64,000 bases of DNA from a bacterium (GTDB taxonomy: Bacteria > Patescibacteriota > Microgenomatia > UBA8517), in NCBI GenBank assembly GCA_030583725.1, contig CP129472.1, positions 593,902 through 657,901 on the forward strand. The letters are read 5' to 3'. Shown piece after piece: positions 1 through 9,837 of the stretch; position 1 is the stretch's first letter; every line of letters begins with the position of its first letter. Position numbers and translations under genes: made by a program. The notes beneath the pieces were generated by a model. The model was not told the DNA's origin, did no database searches, and saw only the letters and a list, made by a program, of their open reading frames with translations.

Positions 1-46
1 AAATTTGCCAGTGCCTAAAAAGATATAATTCAGCTATAATTCTAGA

Positions 47-1816
47 GTGAAAAATATCATAAAAATCTTCAAAATTAGTAAGCCGCAACATAAGTGGATT
101 TTGGTGGCTTGTGTTTTGATAACTATTCAGGCCGTTTTGCAACAAGCAACACCTGTTACATTAAAATTTGTAGTTGATGAACTCTCTGCTCAAATTGCAA
201 ATCAAAATGGAGATTATGAAAAGCTGACCTGGTTATTTATTTTGATTTTAGTTATTAATTTGTCCGTAGTTATTCTAAACACGGGTAACCAAAGACTGGG
301 GGACTATATAGCTTCCCGTTTAGGTAGATTCTTAACAGAAGTTTTCTATAAAAAAATATTTACACTCCCACAATCTTTTTTTGATGGTGAAATATCTGGG
401 AAAATTGTAAATCAATTAAATAGGGGAATTGCCTCTATACGGGACTTTGTAAACGGTGCCACTAATTTTATAGTTCCTGCACTTTTACAGGCCATATTTG
501 GAATTGCAGTTTTGTCCTATTTTGATTTAACCATAGGACTTTTAGCCTTGTCTGTTTTTCCTGTTTACATATTAATTACTAGCTACTCAACTAAAAGGTG
601 GGGTAAGGTACAGGAGGAAAAAAATGTATATGAAGATAGCGTTAGGGGCAGAATTGCAGAAGTTATAAACAACATAAGACTTGTAAAAACTTATTCTACA
701 CAACCAAAAGAATGGAAGTTTGTCTCGAATAACTACCAAACAATTAATAAGCTATATGACAAACAGTCAACTGAATACCACATATTAAATTTTATAAGAG
801 AGTTTGGTTTGGAAGTAGTATTAGTTGTTATTTTGTACTTAATATTTCAAAAAACATTTTTTGGCAGTCTAACATTGGGTGAAATGGTCTTAATTATCCA
901 ACTTCTAAATCAACTAAGATGGCCACTATTTGCAATGAGTTATATTTTAGAAAATGTTCAAAGGGCAGAAGCAGACTCAAAAACCTATTTTGAAATTTTA
1001 GACTTAAAATCAAAAGAAAAATTTATTGAAAAATCGACTGGAGCCTTGGTTAAAAAACCTGAGATAATATTTGAAAATGTTAGTTTTGCATATCAAAAAG
1101 ACGACGAAGTTTTAAAGAATATAAATCTAACCATAAAATCCAACCAAACAGTAGCTTTAGTTGGACACTCTGGAGCTGGGAAAACAACATTAATAAATTT
1201 GATACTTAAACTCTATGAACCGACAAAGGGTAATTTGTTTATGTCTAAGAAAAATTATTCACGAAGTGATCATTCTTGGGTCAGAAGCCATATGGCCCTG
1301 GTTTTTCAAGACACTGAGTTGTTTTCAACAACCATTAAAGAAAATGTAGCCTACGGAAAAGAAAATACTACAGATAGAGAAGTAATAGATGCACTCAAAA
1401 AAGCAAATGCTTGGGACTTTGTTGAAAAGTTTAAAGACGGATTAGACGAAAAAATTGGCGAAAGGGGAGTTAGGCTCTCGGGTGGTCAAAAACAAAGAAT
1501 TCAGGTTGCCCGTGCCATACTCCAAAACAAACCAATTTTAATTTTAGATGAAGCAACAAGCAGTCTTGATTCTAGGTCTGAAAGCTTGGTCCAAGAAGCC
1601 TTAGAAGAATTATTTAAAAATAGGCTAGTTATTATAATTGCTCATAGATTTTCAACTATTCAAAATGCAGATAGGGTAATTGTGTTGGATCAAGGTGGTA
1701 TTGTAGATGATGATACACCACAGAAGTTAGCCAAGAAAAAAGGTTTGTACCAAGAACTACTTCAATATCAAATTGCAGGAAACAAAAAACTCTTAAGCAA
1801 ATATGAGTTGAGGTGA
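47..1816 (+). CDS. ABC transporter, fused permease/ATP-binding protein (MsbA-like exporter)
   Basis: N-terminal half has six predicted TM segments. C-terminal half has Walker A GHSGAGKTT, ABC signature LSGGQKQR and Walker B ILILDEATS. Confidence 0.85.
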   Translation: MKNIIKIFKISKPQHKWILVACVLITIQAVLQQATPVTLKFVVDELSAQIANQNGDYEKLTWLFILILVINLSVVILNTGNQRLGDYIASRLGRFLTEVFYKKIFTLPQSFFDGEISGKIVNQLNRGIASIRDFVNGATNFIVPALLQAIFGIAVLSYFDLTIGLLALSVFPVYILITSYSTKRWGKVQEEKNVYEDSVRGRIAEVINNIRLVKTYSTQPKEWKFVSNNYQTINKLYDKQSTEYHILNFIREFGLEVVLVVILYLIFQKTFFGSLTLGEMVLIIQLLNQLRWPLFAMSYILENVQRAEADSKTYFEILDLKSKEKFIEKSTGALVKKPEIIFENVSFAYQKDDEVLKNINLTIKSNQTVALVGHSGAGKTTLINLILKLYEPTKGNLFMSKKNYSRSDHSWVRSHMALVFQDTELFSTTIKENVAYGKENTTDREVIDALKKANAWDFVEKFKDGLDEKIGERGVRLSGGQKQRIQVARAILQNKPILILDEATSSLDSRSESLVQEALEELFKNRLVIIIAHRFSTIQNADRVIVLDQGGIVDDDTPQKLAKKKGLYQELLQYQIAGNKKLLSKYELR

Positions 1817-1875
1817 GTAGAGTTGAATCAAGTTGGTAGCTAGTATAAAATTTATCTATACCAGAACGAATCGGT

Positions 1876-2073
1876 GTGAAGATTGAGGGACGTCTCAATC
1901 CATTTACTGGAGCCAAGGTGATTCTGTATGTAGAAAACCAACCCAGAGGGTTAGTCGCAAGAGCAACAAAGCTAATTAAATATCCAATTAAACTTTCAGA
2001 TGTTGATGCACAAAAACTTCAAAGAGAGATTGCTAAAGAAGAGTCAGATGAACTGTGGGGACCAGAGGACTGA
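1876..2073 (+). CDS. hypothetical small protein
   Basis: 65-aa ORF in the intergenic gap. No recognisable motif. Confidence 0.2.
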   Translation: MKIEGRLNPFTGAKVILYVENQPRGLVARATKLIKYPIKLSDVDAQKLQREIAKEESDELWGPED

Positions 2074-2109
2074 CTTGCAACACAGACAGGGGTAATATTT
2101 GTTATTTAG

Positions 2110-3033
2110 TTAACACCCTAAATATATTTCTTTACACTGTGAACATCGATACCCACTTGAAATAAATGCATTTATGGGGGTTCCACAAACTCCACAATTT
2201 TTGACAAATTTTTCACTCCCACCAATAATTATTGAGTTAGATTGTAGTGTGTTTATATATCCACTACCACCTCCAACACATACTAAAGAATGTTCACCTA
2301 TTGCGCCCAGCCTCATCATTTCTTGCGCAAAGAAATAAGAAGGTGCTCCTCGAGCTATCAACCCACCTAAATAGGTTTTGTGATCCTCGCTTAGGAGCTT
2401 AACTTTATCGCCTTTTGGTATATAAGGTGACAAGACATGTATTATTTCTGCAATTGATAAATCCGTACCTATGTCTAAAAGTGCACACCTGAGTTCTTCT
2501 GGTGTATTGATTTTTTCTGTCTGTTTTGGAAACAACTGTTTTGCAAGCTTAAGACATTGGTCTCTACTACATTCAAATATAATCATAATATTATTGAGCT
2601 TCTTCTGACCGGCAGGTGTTACTGATGTCTCGTGTAACACAATTTTGTTTTCATCGTATAAACCCTCTTTTTTTAACTCTGGACTGATCCAAACGGACAA
2701 TTGACTCTCTTCTTTTATACTCCACCTATCTAGTTGCCAAAGAGCTGAGTATTCAACAAGACCAAGATAACTACTTTCTTCGTGAGAATCAGGCGTAATT
2801 AGATTGTGTAAATACTCATTTGTGTCTGGGTCAACTAGTCCTTCCTTGTCAACCCAAAAGAAATAACTGTCAGGTAATCTGTTTGTTTCCTTGAAAATTG
2901 ATTCAACATACGAAATTCCAGTTTGAAGGTTTGGAGTTTTTTTATATCTATATTTAGATATACCTTGAATCGTGTTTAGCTGTTCTGTCGTTGTCATTTT
3001 CCTGCTCGGGTTTCTAAGCTTTTTAAAAGCCAT
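2110..3033 (-). CDS. hypothetical protein with C-terminal Cys cluster (possible zinc ribbon)
   Basis: 307-aa ORF. The C-terminus reads CGVCG...CSQC...C. No family recognised. Confidence 0.4.
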   Translation of the reverse strand: MAFKKLRNPSRKMTTTEQLNTIQGISKYRYKKTPNLQTGISYVESIFKETNRLPDSYFFWVDKEGLVDPDTNEYLHNLITPDSHEESSYLGLVEYSALWQLDRWSIKEESQLSVWISPELKKEGLYDENKIVLHETSVTPAGQKKLNNIMIIFECSRDQCLKLAKQLFPKQTEKINTPEELRCALLDIGTDLSIAEIIHVLSPYIPKGDKVKLLSEDHKTYLGGLIARGAPSYFFAQEMMRLGAIGEHSLVCVGGGSGYINTLQSNSIIIGGSEKFVKNCGVCGTPINAFISSGYRCSQCKEIYLGC

Positions 3034-3151
3034 TGGGTTCTGGGTTTACAGTAGCGGCACTCCCACGGAATTTCACCGTGATTCACCAATATCTACAATA
3101 TATGTTGTGATATTATTTATGTAAAGAGGTAGTTAAGGGTGGTGATTACAA

Positions 3152-3328
3152 ATGGCAAAAAAACAATTCAATGATTTATCAAAATTTTTAATGGCGGGTG
3201 CAGGTATGGCAGTTTTGTTGGCCATGGTTGGGTATTTAGGTTATGACCTGTGGTTAGCGTCAACACAGTGGCTATTAGTGTCTGCGGTAATGGCAATGTT
3301 TGGGGTATATATGAAGCTAAACAAATGA
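3152..3328 (+). CDS. small hydrophobic membrane protein (58 aa), absent from the ORF track
   Basis: An ATG lies a short distance downstream of the RBS-like GGTGGTGA. The product is almost entirely a two-helix hydrophobic peptide: MAKKQFNDLSKFLMAGAGMAVLLAMVGYLGYDLW... Confidence 0.3.
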   Translation: MAKKQFNDLSKFLMAGAGMAVLLAMVGYLGYDLWLASTQWLLVSAVMAMFGVYMKLNK

Positions 3329-3396
3329 CACCTTGTGCCTAGCGGTAATCATGCGTTAAATCTGCGGTAAAAATTATAATTTGACAAAACTAAATA

Positions 3397-3885
3397 GTGG
3401 TAGTAATCTTTAGCCCTAAGATGGAATATAAGAAAAAAGATGTGGTTATTGGCTTTATAATAATTCTCCTTATACTTTTTGGCCTTTACACCTACAGAAA
3501 AATAAAAACTCCAAAACCCCTTAATACCGACACTAATAACGGCATCAGTTTTATAGAAGAACTTAAAGACAGTTTCAATTATGAAATTGCAGACGATGTT
3601 AAAACCATTAGACTTGAAGATGTATCAGGTGGAGACGGTCGTGGAATAGCTACTGAAAATGAAATACTGGCAGACCTTAGTGACCCTGAAACGGGTTATT
3701 ATTATCAAGTTTGGCTCGAAAAAAATGGTGAATATATCTCACTTGGAAAAATGGGAATTGTTAAAGGTGGCTGGTTGTCTAAGTATGATAAATCAAGTTA
3801 TGAGGGTTACAACAATGTTGTAGTCAGCCTAGAGAAAGTGGTTGATAATAAAATAGAAACAAAAATCCTTGAAGGTTCATTCTAA
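3397..3885 (+). CDS. membrane-anchored hypothetical protein
   Basis: N-terminal TM helix followed by a soluble domain. The real start is possibly the internal Met at 3421. Confidence 0.45.
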   Translation: MVVIFSPKMEYKKKDVVIGFIIILLILFGLYTYRKIKTPKPLNTDTNNGISFIEELKDSFNYEIADDVKTIRLEDVSGGDGRGIATENEILADLSDPETGYYYQVWLEKNGEYISLGKMGIVKGGWLSKYDKSSYEGYNNVVVSLEKVVDNKIETKILEGSF

Positions 3886-3903
3886 AGAGGGTATATTTAA
3901 GTA

Positions 3904-4410
3904 GTGAAAAAAACTATTCTTTTCTTCGTACTCTTTTTACTTTTTCTTTCTTTTCTTGTCTTTTTTGTTAGTGTTTGGAACAACCTAAATATATATAGAA
4001 GCGAAGATAGTAATGTTAGTAAAGTTGTAGAAACACTGAAAACATCCCAAGCTGTGCAGTCACTATATCTAGATTATTCAAACGAGAATTATGATAGTGC
4101 CCTACAAGACAAAAGGGTAGTGATTCTATTCTTTACGTCAAATTGGTGTGTGGAGTGTTTGGAACAGGACAAAGTTAACTTGGAAGTTTTTGACGACTTA
4201 AAAGATAAAGGTTTGGTGGGGCTGAGGATTCATATATTAGACTCAGAAACAACGACAGAGACCGATGCATTAGCCAAGAAGTTTGACATACACAAAGAAA
4301 ACTCCTTTGTAGTTTTAAATCAAAATGGGGCTGTCCACTTTAAACACACCGGAAACATTGAAAAGGAATTATTAAAACAAAAAATAGAGGAGGTGAGTAC
4401 AAACCTATGA
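3904..4410 (+). CDS. thioredoxin-fold protein (TlpA-like), membrane anchored
   Basis: GTG start, N-terminal TM segment, and a WCVEC CxxC motif in thioredoxin-fold context. Confidence 0.6.
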   Translation: MKKTILFFVLFLLFLSFLVFFVSVWNNLNIYRSEDSNVSKVVETLKTSQAVQSLYLDYSNENYDSALQDKRVVILFFTSNWCVECLEQDKVNLEVFDDLKDKGLVGLRIHILDSETTTETDALAKKFDIHKENSFVVLNQNGAVHFKHTGNIEKELLKQKIEEVSTNL

Positions 4411-4652
4411 ATATAACTGTTTATTCAACAACTACCTGCCCATACTGTAAGATGGTTAAGGATTATCTTATTTCAAAAAATATTTCATTTGCTGAAAAAA
4501 TGGTAGATCAAGACGAAAATGCAAGAAATGAAATGGTGGGTGTTTCAGGTGGGTTTTTGGGAGTACCTTTTACTGTAATATTAAAAGAAGATGGAACAAA
4601 GGAAACCGTGGTTGGATTTGATAAAGGCAAATTCGACTCTATGGTTAAATGA
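4407..4652 (+). CDS. glutaredoxin/NrdH-like small redoxin
   Basis: 81 aa with the N-terminal CPYC motif typical of glutaredoxin-fold proteins. Overlaps the upstream gene by 4 bp. Confidence 0.7.
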   Translation: MNITVYSTTTCPYCKMVKDYLISKNISFAEKMVDQDENARNEMVGVSGGFLGVPFTVILKEDGTKETVVGFDKGKFDSMVK

Positions 4653-4717
4653 ATTTTGCCTTTCGTCTACGCCGTAAAGGTAAGTTTGAAAGTATATAAA
4701 TTTGGAGGTTTATTAGT

Positions 4718-5380
4718 ATGATATTTGTTAATTACAAAACTTATGAAAGTGGCACTGGAAAGAATGCTGTTTCGTTGGCAGAAGTTATTAAGGAGGTTAG
4801 TAGTCAAGCCGGTGTTAAAATTGTACCTGTTGTTCAGGTTGCTGATATCAAAGAAATAGTAAGCACAGTAGGTATGGAGGTCTGGTCACAAAAAGTTGAT
4901 CCAGTTACTTTTGGTGCTCACACTGGAAGTGTTATTCCAGAGTCTGTCGTTGAGGATGGCGCTAAAGGTACTATACTAAACCACTCAGAGGGTAGATTTA
5001 CTGACTTTGAGACACTAACCACTGCACATAAGAGGGCTAAAGAAGTTGGTTTAAAAACACTAATTTTTGCAAAGGATATTGTAGAGCTTGAAAAGGTGGC
5101 TACTCTTAACCCCGACTTTATTTCATATGAACCAGAGAACTTAATCGGTAGTAAAGATATATCAGTTGCAACAGCAGAACCAGAGGTTATTAAAAGTGCC
5201 TCAGACATATCCCAAAAAACAGGTATTCCCTTAATTGTGGGTGCAGGTGTACACTCATCACTAGATGTCAAAAAATGTTTAGAATTAGGTGCGGTTGGTG
5301 TAATAGTTGCATCAGATATTATGAATGCAGTTGACCCCAAAAAAGAACTATTAGATTTAACGGAAGGTTTTAAAGCATAA
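4718..5380 (+). CDS. tpiA: triosephosphate isomerase, archaeal type
   Basis: 220 aa. Motifs VNYKTY, GAHTGS...LNHSE, LNPDFISYEPENLIGS, VGAGV and LGAVGVIVAS align with archaeal ~225-aa TIMs. A GGAGG RBS lies upstream. Confidence 0.85.
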   Translation: MIFVNYKTYESGTGKNAVSLAEVIKEVSSQAGVKIVPVVQVADIKEIVSTVGMEVWSQKVDPVTFGAHTGSVIPESVVEDGAKGTILNHSEGRFTDFETLTTAHKRAKEVGLKTLIFAKDIVELEKVATLNPDFISYEPENLIGSKDISVATAEPEVIKSASDISQKTGIPLIVGAGVHSSLDVKKCLELGAVGVIVASDIMNAVDPKKELLDLTEGFKA

Positions 5381-5413
5381 ATTATTTATATTATGAATGT
5401 TTACATATAAGAT

Positions 5414-5866
5414 ATGATAAGAATATTTCTAGGAGCAGATCATAGGGGATACGAATTAAAAGAGAAAATTGCCTCTTGGCTTTTTGATTTGGGTTATGAT
5501 TTTGAAGACTTAGGCGCAACTTTTCTAGATCCAACCGACGACTATATAAAATATGCTTCAGATGTGGCCTCAATGGTTGCTAAAAGACCTCATTCAAAAG
5601 GAGTGCTACTATGCGGTAGTGGAGTTGGTGTAGATGTTGTGGCTAACAAGTTTGATGGTATTAGATCTTCAATTGGAAAATCTGTCCTACAGGTAAAAGC
5701 AGGTCGAAGTGACGATGATATGAATGTTTTAGTAATTGCATCTGACTTTACAACAGTTAAAGAAGCAAGGGGAATGTTAATTGCATTTCTTGAAACAAAG
5801 TATGAAGAAAACGCGAGACGTGAGAGAAGGCTTGATGAAATTGATAAAATAGAGGCTAATAATTAA
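5414..5866 (+). CDS. rpiB: ribose-5-phosphate isomerase B
   Basis: N-terminus IFLGADHRGYELKE and an internal CGSGVG motif match RpiB/LacAB. Confidence 0.8.
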   Translation: MIRIFLGADHRGYELKEKIASWLFDLGYDFEDLGATFLDPTDDYIKYASDVASMVAKRPHSKGVLLCGSGVGVDVVANKFDGIRSSIGKSVLQVKAGRSDDDMNVLVIASDFTTVKEARGMLIAFLETKYEENARRERRLDEIDKIEANN

Positions 5867-5868
5867 TC

Positions 5869-6138
5869 CTATTGATTGTCTACAATACAACCCGTGATTT
5901 GACTTGTATCGTGTCCATCAGCTTGCAAAACCTCTTTCAGGCATTTACCTGCACATTTACCACTATCTCTTTTAACATTTTGGCATTCAAATTCTATTAT
6001 GATATTACCATCAACCTGTCTTACACCAATCGTACTCTGAGCCAGTAAGCAAATACGCATTGCATATACTTGTGCCATATCAGAAGTTAATCCATTTTCT
6101 CCAGCTAAGGTAACCGTTGTTCTGCAAAATTCTGACAT
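5869..6138 (-). CDS. hypothetical Cys-containing small protein
   Basis: 89 aa with a CAGKC pair and further Cys residues. Family not recognised. Confidence 0.3.
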   Translation of the reverse strand: MSEFCRTTVTLAGENGLTSDMAQVYAMRICLLAQSTIGVRQVDGNIIIEFECQNVKRDSGKCAGKCLKEVLQADGHDTSQITGCIVDNQ

Positions 6139-6199
6139 TTGCCGTATTCTAGCCAGTGTGTGTGTGTGATTGTCAAGATTAAGGTGATATTATTAAATA

Positions 6200-7180
6200 A
6201 TGAAACTATTATCTTCACTTAAAGAAGCAGATTTAGCTGGTAAGAGAGTAATTGTTAGGGGAGACTTGGATATTACTGACTTTTCTGAAAATGATATTAG
6301 ACTCCAAAGGCTTGTTCCAACTGTAAAATTTTTGCTTGAAAATAAAGCTACTGTTATTTTAATTGGCCATATTGGTAGGCCTGATGGCAAAGCTGAAGAA
6401 AAGTATAGCTTGAAGCAACTTCAGCCTATTTTAGAGAAAATGATTGGAACAAATGAGGGTTGGGAACTCAAGGAAAATTTAAGGTTTGATCCTAGAGAAG
6501 AACAAAATGATGAAAGTTTTGCAAAAGAATTATCTAGTTTGGGTGATATTTATGTAAATGAAGCTTTTAGTGTATCTCACAGAAAACATGCTTCAATTGT
6601 AGGAATTCCTAAGTTTTTACCTTCCTATGCTGGTCTAAATCTCGAAAATGAAATTATGAATCTAAGTAAAGTCTTTGAACCCATTAGACCGCTTGTAATC
6701 TTAATTAGTGGAACTAAAGATGACAAATTAACAATGATTGAACCATTGTCAAACTTGGCAGACAAGGTTTTAGTCGGGGGAAGACTACCAGACTTGTTGG
6801 GGGATAAAGGTTTGGAAAGCATACGTTTGCAGGGAGATGGCAGAAAGGTTTTAATAGGCAACTTGATAATGGATAAAGAAGATATAACCTTAAATACAAT
6901 TGATATTTTTTCAAACGAAGTAATGAAAGCAAAAACTGTAGTTTTGGCTGGTGTTTTAGGTAGATATGAAGATGAGGGCCATAGCCAAGGGACAAGAAAA
7001 GTATTTACGGCAGTTGCAAACTCAAAAGCTTTTAAGATAGTTGGTGGTGGGGACAGTTTAAATGCTATCAATAAATATGGTTTAACAGACAAGTTTGATT
7101 GGGTGTCAGTAGGGGGTGGGGCAATGCTAGAGTTTTTGACCAAAAAAACACTTCCAGGTATTGAAGCACTTCAAAATTAA
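6200..7180 (+). CDS. pgk: phosphoglycerate kinase (compact form)
   Basis: GKRVIVRGDLD, IGHIGRP and a C-terminal GGGDS...GGGAMLEF motif match PGK. At 326 aa it is shorter than a typical PGK. Confidence 0.75.
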   Translation: MKLLSSLKEADLAGKRVIVRGDLDITDFSENDIRLQRLVPTVKFLLENKATVILIGHIGRPDGKAEEKYSLKQLQPILEKMIGTNEGWELKENLRFDPREEQNDESFAKELSSLGDIYVNEAFSVSHRKHASIVGIPKFLPSYAGLNLENEIMNLSKVFEPIRPLVILISGTKDDKLTMIEPLSNLADKVLVGGRLPDLLGDKGLESIRLQGDGRKVLIGNLIMDKEDITLNTIDIFSNEVMKAKTVVLAGVLGRYEDEGHSQGTRKVFTAVANSKAFKIVGGGDSLNAINKYGLTDKFDWVSVGGGAMLEFLTKKTLPGIEALQN

Positions 7181-7204
7181 ACATATACTGTAGTTACTGC
7201 TCAT

Positions 7205-8296
7205 ATGATTAATATAGGTATCAATGGATTTGGAAGAATTGGAAGACTAGCCTTCAGGATTGCTGTTTCTAAACATTTGGGCGAGGTTAAGATTGGTGCA
7301 ATTAATACTTCAGGATCAATGGACTCTTCAGGTTGGGCACACCTTGTTAATTATGACACGATGTATAGAAAATATGAGTATGAGGTAAAAAGTGACGACT
7401 CGACTAAAAACGAAGAAGTAATTGGGAACTTAAAGATAAGTGAAAGAAATGTGGATGTTCCACTTTTAGCACAACGCGACCCTGCCTTAATTCCCTGGGG
7501 GAAGTACGGTGTGGATGTTGTGATTGAGGCAACTGGTAAATTTACTTCAGAGGAGGATGCCAAAAAGCACGCAATTGGTGGAGCTAAGAGAGTTATTATT
7601 TCAGCACCAAGCAAAGGTGGTAATGTGGGCACTTTTGTTTTGGGGGTTAATGACACAAACACTGAGGCTCAAGTTATATCTAACGCCTCTTGTACTACAA
7701 ATTGTGTTGCTCCCGTTGCTGCAGTAATGCATGCAGCCTTTGGAATTGAAAAGGCGATGATGACAACTGTACATAGTTATACTGATGACCAAAATTTACA
7801 AGATGGTAGTCATAAAGATTTAAGAAGAAGTCGTGCAGCTGCTCAAAACATTGTTCCAACAACAACTGGAGCTGCAATTGCTGTTACTGAAACTATTCCA
7901 GAGCTAAAAGGTTTGTTTGACGGTATGAGTTTAAGAGTGCCGGTTGCAACTGGTTCAATTACTGATTTTACATTTCTTCTAAAAAAAGATGTAACTGTAG
8001 AGGAGGTAAATAACGCTTTTAAAGAGGCAGTTAAAAACCCCATTTATAAGGGAGTTTTAGCGGTTTCTGATGGCTTTTTAGTTTCAAGTGATATCGTTGG
8101 TCGAAGCGAGTCTGCAATTGTTGACTTGCCATTAACGCAAGTGGTTGCGGGGAATATGGTTAAAGTATTTGCATGGTATGACAATGAATGGGGTTATGCA
8201 AACAGGTTAGTGGAACAAGTAATTCGTGTCGGACGATCTCTTGATAGTAATAAAATACCTACAGACACAATTACTTTGTTACATTCTAATAATTAG
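7205..8296 (+). CDS. gap: glyceraldehyde-3-phosphate dehydrogenase
   Basis: N-terminal INGFGRIGR and the catalytic ASCTTNC motif. Confidence 0.9.
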   Translation: MINIGINGFGRIGRLAFRIAVSKHLGEVKIGAINTSGSMDSSGWAHLVNYDTMYRKYEYEVKSDDSTKNEEVIGNLKISERNVDVPLLAQRDPALIPWGKYGVDVVIEATGKFTSEEDAKKHAIGGAKRVIISAPSKGGNVGTFVLGVNDTNTEAQVISNASCTTNCVAPVAAVMHAAFGIEKAMMTTVHSYTDDQNLQDGSHKDLRRSRAAAQNIVPTTTGAAIAVTETIPELKGLFDGMSLRVPVATGSITDFTFLLKKDVTVEEVNNAFKEAVKNPIYKGVLAVSDGFLVSSDIVGRSESAIVDLPLTQVVAGNMVKVFAWYDNEWGYANRLVEQVIRVGRSLDSNKIPTDTITLLHSNN

Positions 8297-8316
8297 TCTT
8301 TTTAAATATAAACTGT

Positions 8317-8961
8317 ATGGAAGAAAAAAAATATTCTAGTAAAAAAGGATATATCAAAAGCATTGCTTTTTTTGGAGATGCTGATATTTCTGAAGTGGAC
8401 GAAACATATACACAAGCTTTTAAACTTGCAGGGATACTTGCAAAAGAAGGCTATGTCATTGTAGACGGGGGAGGTCCCGGAGTAATGGAGGCCGCAACCT
8501 CTGGTGCCAAAAAAGAGGGAGGAAAAACAATCACGGTAACTTTTGATCCGACAAATGCACCAGGATTTGAAGGTAAGTATGTTGGCAATGTCCCGGATGA
8601 AGAAGTTGTAACTACCAACTACATTGAAAGGATGTTTAAACTAATGGAATATGGAGATGTATTTGTTTTATTTAAAGGAGGTAGTGGAACAATTTCAGAA
8701 TTTGGTACTGCTTGGGTTTTGGCAAAACTATATCATGGTCACCATAAACCATTTATTTTACTTGGTAGCTATTGGGCTGAAATAATTGATGTGTTTAGAA
8801 AACATATGAATATCGACGCAAAAGAACTTTCTGTTTTTGAAATTGCACATAGAGTTGAAGATGTTTTACCAATAATTAAAAAGTTTGAAAAACAAATGGA
8901 TGGAAGAGATCACTCAGAAGATCATAATATGGATAAATATGACAAGGCGTTTCAAATATGA
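8317..8961 (+). CDS. LOG family protein (TIGR00730 Rossmann fold, nucleotide 5'-monophosphate nucleosidase-like)
   Basis: DGGGPGVMEA and GGSGTISEF motifs. Confidence 0.65.
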   Translation: MEEKKYSSKKGYIKSIAFFGDADISEVDETYTQAFKLAGILAKEGYVIVDGGGPGVMEAATSGAKKEGGKTITVTFDPTNAPGFEGKYVGNVPDEEVVTTNYIERMFKLMEYGDVFVLFKGGSGTISEFGTAWVLAKLYHGHHKPFILLGSYWAEIIDVFRKHMNIDAKELSVFEIAHRVEDVLPIIKKFEKQMDGRDHSEDHNMDKYDKAFQI

Positions 8962-9809
8962 CAAAGTATACAATTGAAGAATTACAAGAAATATCAGTAG
9001 AAGTCAGGCAAGATATCATAAAGATGATATTAAAAGCTGGCTATGGCCATCCTGCTGGATCGCTTGGAATGGTTGACGTTTTTGTGGCCCTTTATTACGG
9101 TATTTTAAATCACGATCCCAAAAACCCCGATTGGGAGGACCGTGACAGATTAATACTATCAAACGGCCATATTTGTCCTGCTAGATACGCGGTAATGGCT
9201 TATAGCGGATATTTTGATATCAAAACCTTATTTAAAATTGGGGAAATGGGAGGGCCACTTCAAGGTCACCCAGACAAAAGGTTTCTAGCTGGTGTAGAAA
9301 CAACCTCTGGTCCTTTAGGGTCAGGTTTATCTCAGGCTTCAGGAATTGCGTATTGCGCTCGTATGGATAAGAAAAGGTTCAGAACCTTTTGTATTACCTC
9401 AGATGGAGAACATAATGAAGGAAATCACTGGGAAGCGGTTATGTTTGCAGGTAAAAACAATCTTAGTAATTTAACAATGATAATTGATAGAAACAATATC
9501 CAAATCGATGATTTTACTGAAAATGTTATGCCACTTGAACCACTGGCTGAAAAGTACAAAGCTTTTAATTGGTCAGTATTAGAAGTTGATGACCACAATA
9601 TTACTGAAATAATAAACGCTTGTAATAAAGCCCGAGCAATCTATGAAAACCCAACAGTAATTATTGCAAGGACAATTCCAGGCAAAGGAGTTGATTTTAT
9701 GGAAAATAATCCAAACTGGCATGCAAAAGCACCAAATGATGAACAAGCAAAGCAGGCAATAAAAGATATTAGGACAATGCAGGGGAAAGTCTCACCTTAT
9801 GGTGAATGA
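8958..9809 (+). CDS. transketolase, N-terminal (TPP-binding) subunit
   Basis: 283 aa, GHP...SLG, DGE and NH motifs. A split transketolase is encoded by two adjacent genes. Confidence 0.85.
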   Translation: MTKYTIEELQEISVEVRQDIIKMILKAGYGHPAGSLGMVDVFVALYYGILNHDPKNPDWEDRDRLILSNGHICPARYAVMAYSGYFDIKTLFKIGEMGGPLQGHPDKRFLAGVETTSGPLGSGLSQASGIAYCARMDKKRFRTFCITSDGEHNEGNHWEAVMFAGKNNLSNLTMIIDRNNIQIDDFTENVMPLEPLAEKYKAFNWSVLEVDDHNITEIINACNKARAIYENPTVIIARTIPGKGVDFMENNPNWHAKAPNDEQAKQAIKDIRTMQGKVSPYGE

Positions 9810-9837
9810 TGTTTACCTTAGTTGATGAATCAAGAAA

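Noticed and set aside
4918-5340. 140-aa minus-strand ORF inside tpiA, and similar antisense ORFs (6625-7143, 7351-7877, 16283-16477, 16808-17128, 18538-18903, 55087-55815 and others)
   Set aside because: They are antisense to well-supported genes with clear motifs, and have no RBS or family signal.
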